Shown: positions 55,087-64,000 of the stretch, one piece after another
How the letters are laid out: each line of letters starts with the position of its first letter
How positions within the stretch are numbered: position 1 is the first letter of the stretch
Assembly (NCBI GenBank): GCA_934747385.1
Contig: CAKVGK010000003.1
Coordinates: forward strand, 3,679 to 67,678
Direction of reading: 5' to 3'
Origin: an uncultured Clostridia bacterium
GTDB taxonomy: Bacteria > Bacillota > Clostridia > Christensenellales > UBA1242
DNA length: 64,000 bases
Notes under the pieces: model-generated
Database searches by the model: none
What the model saw: only the letters and a program-made list of their open reading frames with translations
What the model was told of the DNA's origin: nothing
Translations under genes and position numbers: made by a program

Positions 55087-56079
55087 TTATTTGTTTGAAA
55101 GTTTTTCACGCACCAAAGCGTTGATTTCATCTGCAATTTCTGGGTGAGAGGTTAAATATGCTTTAACGTTTTCTTTACCTTGACCAATTTTGTCGCCGTT
55201 ATAACTGAACCAACTGCCAGATTTTTCAATAACTTCAGTTTCAATTGCAGCGTCAATCAAGCAACCCAAAATTGAAATGCCTTCGCCATACATAATGTCA
55301 AATTCGGCTGATTTGAATGGAGGAGCAACTTTGTTTTTAACAACTTTAACGCGGGTGCGAGAACCAATCATGTCTTGTCCGTTTTTGATTGTGTCCACTT
55401 TACGCACGTCTAAGCGCACTGATGAATAGAATTTAAGTGCCTTGCCGCCCGGAGTTGTTTCTGGATTGCCAAACATAACGCCAACTTTTTCACGCAATTG
55501 GTTGATGAAAATAACAAGAGTTTTGCTTTTTGATGTTACACCAGTAAGTTTACGCAAGGCTTGGCTCATGAGGCGAGCTTGCAAACCAATGAAACTATCG
55601 CCCATTTCGCCATCTATTTCTGCCTTTGGAGTGAGTGCTGCAACAGAGTCAATAACAACAATGTCCACGCCACCACTGCGCACAAGTTGTTCTGTGATTT
55701 CAAGTGCCTGTTCGCCAGTGTCTGGTTGAGAAACATACATTGCGCCAATGTCGACGCCCAATTTTTGAGCATAGATTGGGTCAAGAGCGTGTTCCGCATC
55801 AATAAACGCTGCTGTGCCGCCCATGCGTTGAGCCTCTGCAATCACGTGCAAAGCAACAGTGGTTTTACCGCTGCTTTCTGGCCCATAAATTTCCACAATT
55901 CTGCCCCTTGGCAAACCGCCAACACCCAATGCCATGTCAAGTGGCAAGCAGCCTGTTGGAATAACCTCAATGCCTTCGCCATAATTGGTTTCGTCCATTT
56001 TGATGATTGAACCTTTGCCATATTGTTTTTCAATTGAAGCGATTGCTGCTTCCAATGATTTTTTTCTGTCGTCTGTCAT
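55087..56079 (-). CDS. recA: Recombinase RecA
   Basis: 330-aa ORF: ...[18 protein letters not shown]..., VVIDSVAAL, and [28 protein letters not shown]. Confidence 0.97.
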   Translation of the reverse strand: MTDDRKKSLEAAIASIEKQYGKGSIIKMDETNYGEGIEVIPTGCLPLDMALGVGGLPRGRIVEIYGPESSGKTTVALHVIAEAQRMGGTAAFIDAEHALDPIYAQKLGVDIGAMYVSQPDTGEQALEITEQLVRSGGVDIVVIDSVAALTPKAEIDGEMGDSFIGLQARLMSQALRKLTGVTSKSKTLVIFINQLREKVGVMFGNPETTPGGKALKFYSSVRLDVRKVDTIKNGQDMIGSRTRVKVVKNKVAPPFKSAEFDIMYGEGISILGCLIDAAIETEVIEKSGSWFSYNGDKIGQGKENVKAYLTSHPEIADEINALVREKLSNK

Positions 56080-56105
56080 AATTTCTCCTTAAAAATGTAA
56101 ATTAA

Positions 56106-56336
56106 TTATTCTTCAAAATGTTTTTGTTGGTCTTGCGCTTTAACTTTTAAAATTGTATCTTTGATGATGCCAATTATTGCACAAACAACCCCACCAATAA
56201 CAAAAACAACCCAAGTTGGGTGCCAAATGTTTGCAATAAAGCCAATCAACAGATACACAAGCGTGCACACAACCATGATAAGCCCACAAACGCCATCTAA
56301 AATAATGCTTGCTTTTGATTTCTTTTTGTCTTCCAT
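56106..56336 (-). CDS. Small two-TM membrane protein
   Basis: I prefer ATG 56336 (GGAGG SD) within track ORF 56106..56390: MEDKKKSKASIILDGVCGLIMVVCTLVYLLIGFIANIWHPTWVVFVIGGVVCAIIGII... It occupies the position between pgsA and recA. Confidence 0.5.
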   Translation of the reverse strand: MEDKKKSKASIILDGVCGLIMVVCTLVYLLIGFIANIWHPTWVVFVIGGVVCAIIGIIKDTILKVKAQDQQKHFEE

Positions 56337-56414
56337 TTTTCCTCCAAATATGAAAATATTATACTCGCAAAAAAAGAATTTGTCAAACATTTGTTCGACA
56401 AATTTTGAATAATA

Positions 56415-57017
56415 TTAATTCTCTTTTTTGTTTGTTTCTTTAAAACATTCGCGGTTTTTAACCAAATAATGAACACCAGAAAGAACAGTAAGCACTGTTG
56501 CTGCGCCAATAAGCACATAACTGATGATTGAAACAACCAAAATGGCGGTTGCAGTTGCAAAACCTGCACAATTTAAGTACGCAACAAAGAAACATGTTGG
56601 CAATGCAATCATTTGAACAACAGTTTTAATTTTGCCCCACATGTCCGCCGCCAAAACAATGCCTTTCGTGCCAGCAATTTGCCTGAGCGCGCTAACAGTG
56701 TATTCACGAGCAATGATGATTGCCACAATAATCACGCCCCAAGGTGCTGGAATTGTGCCATCTGCCAAAATAAGCAAAAATGCAGTTGCTGTAAGCAATT
56801 TGTCCGCAATTGGGTCAAGGAATTTGCCTAAATCGGTAACTAAATTATATTTACGAGCAATTTTGCCGTCCAAAAGGTCGGTGAGAGATGCCAAAATAAA
56901 GATTACGATTGCAACAATCTTGCCAATGCCGTAAGGAATGAAGTCCGCAAGATAAAAGAACATCATAAACGGAATTAAAATTATACGCAAAAGCGTAAGT
57001 TTGTTAGGTAAATTCAA
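56415..57017 (-). CDS. pgsA: CDP-diacylglycerol--glycerol-3-phosphate 3-phosphatidyltransferase
   Basis: I prefer TTG 57017 (AGGAGG, then 7 nt, then TTG AAT TTA CCT AAC), which gives the canonical MNLPNKLTLLRI N-terminus. CDP-alcohol motif DLLDGKIARKYNLVTDLGKFLDPIADKL. The track ORF extends to 57050. Confidence 0.9.
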   Translation of the reverse strand: MNLPNKLTLLRIILIPFMMFFYLADFIPYGIGKIVAIVIFILASLTDLLDGKIARKYNLVTDLGKFLDPIADKLLTATAFLLILADGTIPAPWGVIIVAIIIAREYTVSALRQIAGTKGIVLAADMWGKIKTVVQMIALPTCFFVAYLNCAGFATATAILVVSIISYVLIGAATVLTVLSGVHYLVKNRECFKETNKKEN

Positions 57018-57094
57018 AATTAAGCCTCCTATTGTCAAACAAATTGACAATTCACTATATGTTTTATTATATCAAATTAAAACTGAACACGCAA

Positions 57095-57125
57095 ACAAAA
57101 AAGCACCATGTTGGTGCCTTTTTGA
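57095..57125. terminator. Bidirectional intrinsic terminator downstream of the 1099-aa gene
   Basis: AAAAAA-GCACCA-tgt-TGGTGC-CTTTTT. Confidence 0.7.
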
Positions 57126-57137
57126 AAATCAATATAT

Positions 57138-60100
57138 TTATTTTTTGTAAAGTTGCAACACAATGCCCATGCCGTTTTGCAAATAAATGTTAACATTGGT
57201 AACGCCAGTGTCTTCCACTTTTGCAAAAGCACCAGTTGTGTCTTGCCCTAAAATTGCACCTGTGCGGCTGTTTTGCAACATATTATTTTTTACAACTTTA
57301 GCAGCCTTATAAGAATATGTTGTTAAATCAAGACCATAAGCTAATTTTTTTTCGTATTCTTCACGATTATTGTAGAAATTAACTTCACCTTTAACAACAG
57401 CTTCGGTAGTACCTTCTGCCGCGCTTGATTTGTAAACGACTTTCAAGTTCATCATTCCAGCCACTGTTTTGCCAGTTAAATCTGTTTGCTCTTGCAAGAA
57501 AGTTGCACCTGCATCGTTATAATGGCCGTCCGCTCCCTTAATTTGAGGAACAAGCGCTGTTGCCCCATAACTTGCAAACCAAGGTTCGTTGCCTGTTACA
57601 AAACTTTCAAGTTTTGTGCCAATAATGTTGATTGTTGAAGGATAACCACCTACTTGTTCTTTGCTTTCTGGGTCAGCGTGGTCAACAATCATAACTGGGC
57701 CACCAGCTCCAACAAATTCGCCACCCTCAATGAGTAAATCTTTAACGCCCCACATGTAAAGCAAGGAGTTGTAAGAATTGTAACCTTTTGTGTTGATTAA
57801 TTTGTTTGTAAGACCTTCTTCAATTGTTGGCTCTTGTGATGAAGTGTACATAAAGCCCATATAGCAGTTTGAATATGAGTTGTTTTCTGCAACACTGGTT
57901 AGACCTTCAATTTTAACAAGCATTGCGCCACCACTTTCACGAGTGTCTGTTGTGCGTCTGCCGTTGCCGAATACAGATAAATCCTTAATCAATAAGTTGC
58001 TGTTTTTGGTTGTGCCAGCAAACCTGAAAAGTGAAGTGTGAGTTGTGATTTGAGTGTTTTGATTGCTGTCTTCACTATAAAATTTAACACCGTTTTTGTT
58101 GCTAATTTCACCTTTATAACTTGCTTCTCTTGCTAAAACCATTTTTGAAAGAGATGAGTAGTCTATATTGAAATAGTTGCCATAGAATGCAAAATTATCG
58201 CCAGCGGCAATTTGCCTTTCATAAACATACAGCCCATAGCCATCTTTTAAAGAGCCAACAATTGGTTGATTTGTTAAAGATTTTACGTCTGAAGTGAATT
58301 TGTCAACCTCTGCTTGACTCCAAAAATAATAACTTGAAATATTTTGATCAGTTATTTTAATATTGCTTTGTAAAACAACAGCATTTGCCTCAACACCTGC
58401 CAAGCCTTTTTCTTGTTTAAATGCGCGCCACCCATTTTCTGTTTTTTCGTCGTCGTGATTGTAAGCGTTGACAATAACAGACAATTCATCTGCTTCGTAA
58501 ACATTGTAACCATCAACAACTTTAACTTCATAAACTAAATCTTCTACATCATAGCCTGACGCAACATTTGTTGGTGAAACAGTGATTTTAAATTGATTAC
58601 CAACTGCGCTTGAAGTGAAATTAATATAGTTGAATGAATTTGTTATTGTTGCATATTCGGCAACATTCTCAATTGCTTTATAACTGCTTGTTCCAGCGTC
58701 CCATTTTTGCATGGTTATATTCGCATCAACTTGCTCAATAGTGTCTGGTGAACCTTTAACTTCTGCCAAAATTTGAAGGCTGAATTTGTTTTGACTACCT
58801 GCAATTAATATATTGCTTTTATCAACAAAGTTTTGTGCGTTAGTTGTTCTGTCTTTCAATAATGAGCTGGACCAAGTTAACACCTGAGAAGAGCTTCTTT
58901 GGTCATAAATCTTGAAATTAAATGTTTCAGCAGCAATGCCGTTATAATTGGAAGTTTCTTCCACACTAATTCTTACTGTGTAAAGCCCTAATTCGGTTGG
59001 TTTGATTAAAGAATAAGTTTCGTCTGCTGCTTCTTGTAATTTATATTCATATTTAATAATGCCAACTTTTGCTTTGGCGGTTGGAGCATATTCACTGCCA
59101 ACAATAACGTCGTCCATAGATGGGCTGATAATCCATCTGTTGGAAGCCTTAACAATTGCAAAGGTTGTGTTAGAATTTTCACTGTTTAATTGATAATTTT
59201 TGTGGTCAAGCACTGCAACTGCACTGCATGAGTTGTTAACATTTATATAACATTCTTCATTGCTTGCATTGACGTTTAATGAAATTAAATTACCATCAAT
59301 GTCAGCATATTGAGCGGTTGGAAGAACTTTTTCGCCAGTGTATTCAAGGCTAAGGTTGCCCCAAACAACGTCAACTGTGCGTTTTGCTACAGTCACATTG
59401 CCATTGACATAGTTGAAACTATAATTTTTTGCTGCGGCATTGTTTGCAATAACTGCATAACTGCCAGCGTTGCTTGTTTTTGTGTATTCACAAACAAAGT
59501 TTGGTTGAGCAGTTAAAACAGATTTATCTTGCCCGTTAACAAAACCTGTGATTTCAGCAGAATATGTTGGCACTTCGTCCCCAAAAGTAACACTATGGCT
59601 TGAAGCGGTAACAGTCAATTGCTTTTTGGCAACATTAACAACACCTTTTATTAAATTAGTATTGTAGTTAGCCACTTCTACGTCGCCAATAACAATGTCA
59701 TAACTGCCAGCATCGCTTGTTGAACTATATTCACATGTGATTGTTGGTTTTGCTGTTAAATTTTCGCTTGATTCACCTGAAACAAAGCCAGTGTATTCAA
59801 TTTCGTAAACAGGCGCAGCGTCGCCATAAGTCACTTTATATGTTTTGCCAGCGATTGTTAAATCTTTTTTGGCAATTGAAATTGTTTTGTTGATAATCAA
59901 ATCGTCAAAATTTGCTCTTTCCACTTTAACTTGAACTGTGTATTCGCCAGCATTTTTGTAAACTGGTGCAGTGTCAAGCCAAGTTGCGCCATTGTCCACA
60001 CTATAAGACACAGTATCGTCAGTTTCTGTGCCTGTAACTGTCAAACCATGGTCAAGAGAATCATAAACACCATTGAAAGCATTAACCTCAACACCTGCAA

Positions 60101-60437
60101 TAGCAGTTTTGCTGATAACTTGCACCTGAACAGTCAGGCTGACTTCTTTTTTGTTTTCAGTGTATTTAATAACCAAGTCTTGCATGCCAAGTTCAGCAGA
60201 TGAGAAAGTGTATTCCACTTCACCCACACCAATTTCCTTGGTTGAATTGTTGGCATATGTCACCTTTAATTTTAAATTAGACAAATCAATTTGCTCTGTT
60301 TGGCGCACATATGAAGGCAATCCGCTGATCACCTCAATGCTTGTTGGCTTTGGCGCACCACATGCAACCAAAATAAAACTAGCCAAGCCAAACATAAAGC
60401 ACAATAATGATTTTAATACTATACTTTTTCTTCTCAT
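57138..60437 (-). CDS. Large surface lipoprotein with tandem MBG-type domains and a C-terminal beta-helix-like region
   Basis: 1099-aa ORF. Lipoprotein signal MRRKSIVLKSLLCFMFGLASFILVACG. Repeated units of the type KKDLTIAGKTYKVTYGDAAPVYEIEYTGFVSGESSENLTAKPTITCEYSSTSDAGSYDIV...NYNTNLIKGVVNV. Confidence 0.8.
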   Translation of the reverse strand: MRRKSIVLKSLLCFMFGLASFILVACGAPKPTSIEVISGLPSYVRQTEQIDLSNLKLKVTYANNSTKEIGVGEVEYTFSSAELGMQDLVIKYTENKKEVSLTVQVQVISKTAIAGVEVNAFNGVYDSLDHGLTVTGTETDDTVSYSVDNGATWLDTAPVYKNAGEYTVQVKVERANFDDLIINKTISIAKKDLTIAGKTYKVTYGDAAPVYEIEYTGFVSGESSENLTAKPTITCEYSSTSDAGSYDIVIGDVEVANYNTNLIKGVVNVAKKQLTVTASSHSVTFGDEVPTYSAEITGFVNGQDKSVLTAQPNFVCEYTKTSNAGSYAVIANNAAAKNYSFNYVNGNVTVAKRTVDVVWGNLSLEYTGEKVLPTAQYADIDGNLISLNVNASNEECYINVNNSCSAVAVLDHKNYQLNSENSNTTFAIVKASNRWIISPSMDDVIVGSEYAPTAKAKVGIIKYEYKLQEAADETYSLIKPTELGLYTVRISVEETSNYNGIAAETFNFKIYDQRSSSQVLTWSSSLLKDRTTNAQNFVDKSNILIAGSQNKFSLQILAEVKGSPDTIEQVDANITMQKWDAGTSSYKAIENVAEYATITNSFNYINFTSSAVGNQFKITVSPTNVASGYDVEDLVYEVKVVDGYNVYEADELSVIVNAYNHDDEKTENGWRAFKQEKGLAGVEANAVVLQSNIKITDQNISSYYFWSQAEVDKFTSDVKSLTNQPIVGSLKDGYGLYVYERQIAAGDNFAFYGNYFNIDYSSLSKMVLAREASYKGEISNKNGVKFYSEDSNQNTQITTHTSLFRFAGTTKNSNLLIKDLSVFGNGRRTTDTRESGGAMLVKIEGLTSVAENNSYSNCYMGFMYTSSQEPTIEEGLTNKLINTKGYNSYNSLLYMWGVKDLLIEGGEFVGAGGPVMIVDHADPESKEQVGGYPSTINIIGTKLESFVTGNEPWFASYGATALVPQIKGADGHYNDAGATFLQEQTDLTGKTVAGMMNLKVVYKSSAAEGTTEAVVKGEVNFYNNREEYEKKLAYGLDLTTYSYKAAKVVKNNMLQNSRTGAILGQDTTGAFAKVEDTGVTNVNIYLQNGMGIVLQLYKK

Positions 60438-60572
60438 ACCCCTCCCCTTTTTATTAATTTTTGCTTAAATTAATAATTTATTTAAATTTGTAAATATAAT
60501 GTCAAAAACTTTCACATTACACTAAAAGATTACATTATTTGACAATTTTATGCAACCAAATTTGACAACTAT

Positions 60573-61070
60573 TTAAGAAGCAATCAATTTCACATAACAA
60601 TACGCTGGATTATTTTCCTCTTTTGGGGTGACTTTTATCACCACTGTGGTTGGTTTTGAAAACAGAACCAAGCAGTTTTGATTGCCACCAACAACAATCA
60701 AGTCAACATTCTTTGTGTTGGAATAGTTTGTGAAAACCAAATCTTTTTGAGTTGCATTGTCTGGAAAGACACGCATTTGAAGCAAATAATTTGTGCCAGA
60801 AACCTGCCCAGATTCATTTATTGACGCTGCGCCTTCATAGTTGATTGAAATATACATTATGTATTGCCATTGGTCCCTTGGAGTGGACGCACCATTCACT
60901 GGGTACAAGGTTTTGCCAATTATAACATCATCTTCCGCCTTGTTTACACACTCAATTTTTGCAACCGAATGTTTTTCATTATAAACAGACATTTTAAGCC
61001 CAAACAAATTGATGATGAAAATTGAACCTACATATATTATACCTATTAATATTGCAACTGATTTTTTCAT
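60573..61070 (-). CDS. N-terminally anchored hypothetical protein (beta-rich ectodomain)
   Basis: 165-aa ORF whose ATG lies 1 nt after the stop of the upstream permease gene. TM segment VAILIGIIYVGSIFIINLFGL. Confidence 0.5.
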   Translation of the reverse strand: MKKSVAILIGIIYVGSIFIINLFGLKMSVYNEKHSVAKIECVNKAEDDVIIGKTLYPVNGASTPRDQWQYIMYISINYEGAASINESGQVSGTNYLLQMRVFPDNATQKDLVFTNYSNTKNVDLIVVGGNQNCLVLFSKPTTVVIKVTPKEENNPAYCYVKLIAS

Positions 61071-61071
61071 A

Positions 61072-62718
61072 TTACTTCTCCTCGTAGTACAATTTCACTT
61101 TGGAAAAGTACATATAAATATTCCAGCACACAAACGCAAGGGCAACAAATATAAGTTTAAACCAAACTGTGTCCATGCGCTCACTTACAAGGAAATAGAA
61201 TAAATAGGTGAACAGAGCTGAAACTAAGAACGCTATAAGGGTGCTTTTGGTTTCGTTTGGATTGTTGGTTTGTGCGCCTGTGGTTGCATATTGCTCATTT
61301 TGTGGGTTCATAATGTCAAACGAAGCCGACCAGAACAGGTGACCCGTGTAAACTGAGCATAAACTAATGCAAACAAGAATGCTTGTTAATACGTCAAATT
61401 TTGCGTTTGAAGCAAAAATGCAAGTGGAAACGATGATTGAAATATTGATTAACACCAAATTGATAAGCAGTTTTGGGAACAATACTTTTGCGTAACTTGA
61501 AGGGGCTGTTTTGTTTAGGTAGGCAGACCTGCCCTCTTCGCTGTATATTTTTGAAATCATGCCATTGCTTGAAAGTGAGATGAGCAAAATCATAAGCACA
61601 TTGAAAGCCATGGTCATAAGTGTGCCTGAAAGGCGTGTGTCCATTGCACTAAAAATTTTGTTGAGCAGCAAAATTGAAATTGGCAAAATCAGGGCAATAA
61701 GCACCAAATTGTTAACCTTGTTTGCAGAGCGCAATGTGATGAGCAATTCTTTTTTGAAACTGCCACCAAAAGCAGAAGAGGCGTTGTTGTGTTTAAATTT
61801 TGTGCCAGCCAATTTTGTAAATTCAAATGGTGAACTTGTCATTTTAAAGAATAATGGTCGAATAATTAAGAATGTTAAGCCGAATGTGACAACAATCACG
61901 CCAAAAACTGCCAAAAGTGCCAGCAATTGCTCGCCGACGAAAAACTTGTTAACCAGCCCAACTCGTTTGCCAACAAATGCTATTGCCAAATAATAAAATG
62001 GAGCAAATTTTAATGTGAAATTATTCAACATGTCTTGAATTTGCCAGAATATTGTGCCCCAGTTTGCAACAATGTCAAGGTCGGCAGGAATTGCATTGAT
62101 GAGTTTTATTAGCCCCACAAAAATGAGTGTGACCACAACAACAATGAATGTGTATTTCAAAACCTTGAACCTTTCGGCAAACAATTTTAAAAACAGCATT
62201 GGAATTGACAACAAAGCACTTATGCTAAGCGACAAAAGCGTTATTATAAAGTTTGCAGGCAGCAACCAAAAATAGAAACCAATCGGCATATTATTTATAA
62301 GTCCAAACGCAACAAGAATTGGAACAATATAAGTTAAATTACGTAAGAATTCATAAATGTAATACACAATCCATTTGCTCAAAAATACTGTGGTTCGGCT
62401 TGCTGGCATGGTTAACAAAACTTGGTTATCACGTGCCAAATAAAGCCAATCGGTTAAGCCAAATGTGCAAGCAATCACACTCAACACAAACATAATTGAA
62501 AACACAAGCGCAAAAAAGTTTGTGTTTATGCCCGCGTAAAGCGAAGTTAAGCGCAAATAAGAAAGTAAATAAAAGCCCAAATAAATTGCCCCAGTAATGA
62601 GCGCAAATTTGATGAGCGCAAAAACTGTTTTGAAAATAAAACCTTTTTTATCATGCAAAAATGACAAATCTAATTTGTCTTTTAATTGCATCATTACAAG
62701 TGCGTTTAATCCTTTCAA
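61072..62718 (-). CDS. Polytopic membrane protein, putative ABC-transporter permease
   Basis: 548-aa ORF with a TTG start behind an AGGAGA SD and about 10-12 hydrophobic segments. It lies directly downstream of an ABC ATPase gene. Confidence 0.65.
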   Translation of the reverse strand: MKGLNALVMMQLKDKLDLSFLHDKKGFIFKTVFALIKFALITGAIYLGFYLLSYLRLTSLYAGINTNFFALVFSIMFVLSVIACTFGLTDWLYLARDNQVLLTMPASRTTVFLSKWIVYYIYEFLRNLTYIVPILVAFGLINNMPIGFYFWLLPANFIITLLSLSISALLSIPMLFLKLFAERFKVLKYTFIVVVVTLIFVGLIKLINAIPADLDIVANWGTIFWQIQDMLNNFTLKFAPFYYLAIAFVGKRVGLVNKFFVGEQLLALLAVFGVIVVTFGLTFLIIRPLFFKMTSSPFEFTKLAGTKFKHNNASSAFGGSFKKELLITLRSANKVNNLVLIALILPISILLLNKIFSAMDTRLSGTLMTMAFNVLMILLISLSSNGMISKIYSEEGRSAYLNKTAPSSYAKVLFPKLLINLVLINISIIVSTCIFASNAKFDVLTSILVCISLCSVYTGHLFWSASFDIMNPQNEQYATTGAQTNNPNETKSTLIAFLVSALFTYLFYFLVSERMDTVWFKLIFVALAFVCWNIYMYFSKVKLYYEEK

Positions 62719-62847
62719 ATTTATTTCTCCTGTTTTGTTACGCCGAAACCGATTTGTCGGCTAAATATGTTTATTTTTTTTATTTATTTAATTAAAAATC
62801 ATATTTTTTTATTATTTTTTAATGATTTTTATTAATTTTTTTAAAAT

Positions 62848-63804
62848 TTATTTTTCAATTTTATTTTTTATTTGTTTTGTTTTTGCTTTTTTATTTTTTT
62901 CAATTTCAACTTTTTGGGATGCTGATTTTATTTTTGTTGCGTTAGATTTTTTGCCATTCTTTTTCTCTAATTTTGACCCATTTTTTGGCTGAACTTTTTC
63001 TTCATCAACCAGCTCGGTTGTTGTAACTGGTTCTTTTTGCTTTGCGTCGCCAACTGTTGTTGCGTCAACATTTGCCTCAATGGTTTTCAAATAAAACTCT
63101 TCCAGGGTGGTTTTCTTTTCAATGTCCGCAACAGCCTCACAAGCCAAGATATGACCTTTTTTAATCACTGCTATGCGGTCACAAATTTTTTCAACCACGT
63201 CAATAATGTGACTGGAGAAGAACACAATGTTGCCCGCCTTTGCATGTTCTTTCATACATTCTTTAACTTGGAAAATACTTGTTGGGTCAAGCCCTGTAAG
63301 AGGTTCGTCCAAAATCCAAACCTTAGGATTGTGAATAAGTGCTGATATGATTGTGATTTTCTGCTTCATTCCGTGGGAATATGTATTTATTTTGTTGTCG
63401 ATTGCCTCTTTCATATTAAGCAATTCAACGTATTTTTCAATAGCCAAATCTCTATCTTTTTTGCTTACACCATAAAGGTCAGCAATATAGTTAATATATT
63501 CTCTGCCTGTAAGTTTTTCATACAAAGCGTAATGGTCTGGCACAAAACCTATTTGGCGTTTTGCCATAACTGGTTGTTTGTTTACAGAATAACCACAAAC
63601 CTCAATTTCGCCATCTGTGATTGGTTGAATGCCAACAACACTTTTAATTATTGTGCTTTTACCTGCACCATTAGGCCCAAGGAAACCAAAAATCTCTCCT
63701 CCGTTTATGGTTAAGTTTGCGTCTTTAACAGCATAAACATTGCTTTTACCATAACGTTTTGAAAAGTTGATTAATTTTAATTGATTCACTCCGTCCAAAT
63801 TCAT
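62848..63804 (-). CDS. ABC transporter ATP-binding protein with Lys-rich C-terminal tail
   Basis: Walker A GPNGAGKST, signature and Walker B region ILDEPLTGLDP, and an H-loop SSHI. I prefer ATG 63804 (MNLDGVNQLKLINFSKRYG) behind GGAAGGAG. However, this reading frame stays open upstream to the window edge (64000), so the true start is uncertain. Confidence 0.8.
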   Translation of the reverse strand: MNLDGVNQLKLINFSKRYGKSNVYAVKDANLTINGGEIFGFLGPNGAGKSTIIKSVVGIQPITDGEIEVCGYSVNKQPVMAKRQIGFVPDHYALYEKLTGREYINYIADLYGVSKKDRDLAIEKYVELLNMKEAIDNKINTYSHGMKQKITIISALIHNPKVWILDEPLTGLDPTSIFQVKECMKEHAKAGNIVFFSSHIIDVVEKICDRIAVIKKGHILACEAVADIEKKTTLEEFYLKTIEANVDATTVGDAKQKEPVTTTELVDEEKVQPKNGSKLEKKNGKKSNATKIKSASQKVEIEKNKKAKTKQIKNKIEK

Positions 63805-64000
63805 AGGTTCTGTTTCACTCCTTCCTTTTAATTGTGCCATCAATGCCAATTTGTCAATTCTAATTTTCTTTCTTCTTGCTGCCATGTCTTTTAGTGTGTC
63901 CGCTCCTTGGTAAGCCCATTCGTATAAAAACCACATTCCAAGCCCAAGCACAACATAAACCAAAAAGAATAGTACTTGGTATATAGGGTAAAATTTGAAT

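Noticed and set aside
54825-56105. LexA (Cheo-type GAAC-N4-GTTC) boxes upstream of recN and recA
   Set aside because: No GAAC...GTTC palindrome is present. recA has only a 26-nt gap from the preceding gene and is probably co-transcribed with pgsA.
1-64000. tRNA, rRNA, transposase/IS, integrase, prophage or intein content
   Set aside because: No GGTTCGAAT-type T-loop or cloverleaf-sized GC islands were seen. No recombinase or transposase-like ORFs were found. DnaB, RecA, GyrA/B and NrdD have normal lengths, so an intein is unlikely.

Overview
AT-rich chromosomal segment, probably from an anaerobic low-GC Firmicute (Bacillota). That guess rests on pyruvate formate-lyase, anaerobic NrdDG, a ferredoxin, a SipW/TasA-type signal peptide, and GLUG, MBG and BspA-type surface proteins. 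The standard genetic code is used (TGA is a stop), coding density is high, and about 85% of genes lie on the minus strand. The housekeeping backbone is: pflB (truncated at the left edge), nrdD-nrdG, gyrB-gyrA, metG, dnaB, typA, hup, dut, rpmG-secE-nusG-rplK-rplA, rmuC, trxB, recN, recA and pgsA. Interspersed accessory genes are a collagen-like/DUF11/Cys-rich trio, a GLUG protein, a signal-less LRR protein, a 671-aa TasA-signal protein, a 2120-aa and a 1099-aa MBG-domain surface protein, and an ABC transporter. I found no rRNA, tRNA, CRISPR array, transposase, integrase or reverse transcriptase. Observations worth a second look: (1) an orphan ~500-aa protein with two internally duplicated R-x4-H (HEPN-type) motifs, driven by a near-consensus promoter and sitting where rplJL normally follows rplA; (2) two independent duplications of gene 5' ends, which create upstream mini-ORFs identical to the first codons of recN and of a Crp/Fnr regulator; (3) a family of long AT-rich palindromes that carry TGATATAAT on both strands, upstream of metG and a yqeY-like gene; (4) a 17/19 inverted repeat bracketing the TasA-signal gene, plus adjacent 32-nt direct repeats; (5) at least three genes whose -10 box sits 6-7 nt from the ATG with no SD, suggesting leaderless mRNAs; (6) a structured, relatively GC-rich leader upstream of a VanW gene. 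All functional calls come from reading motifs in the translations by eye. No database search was run.
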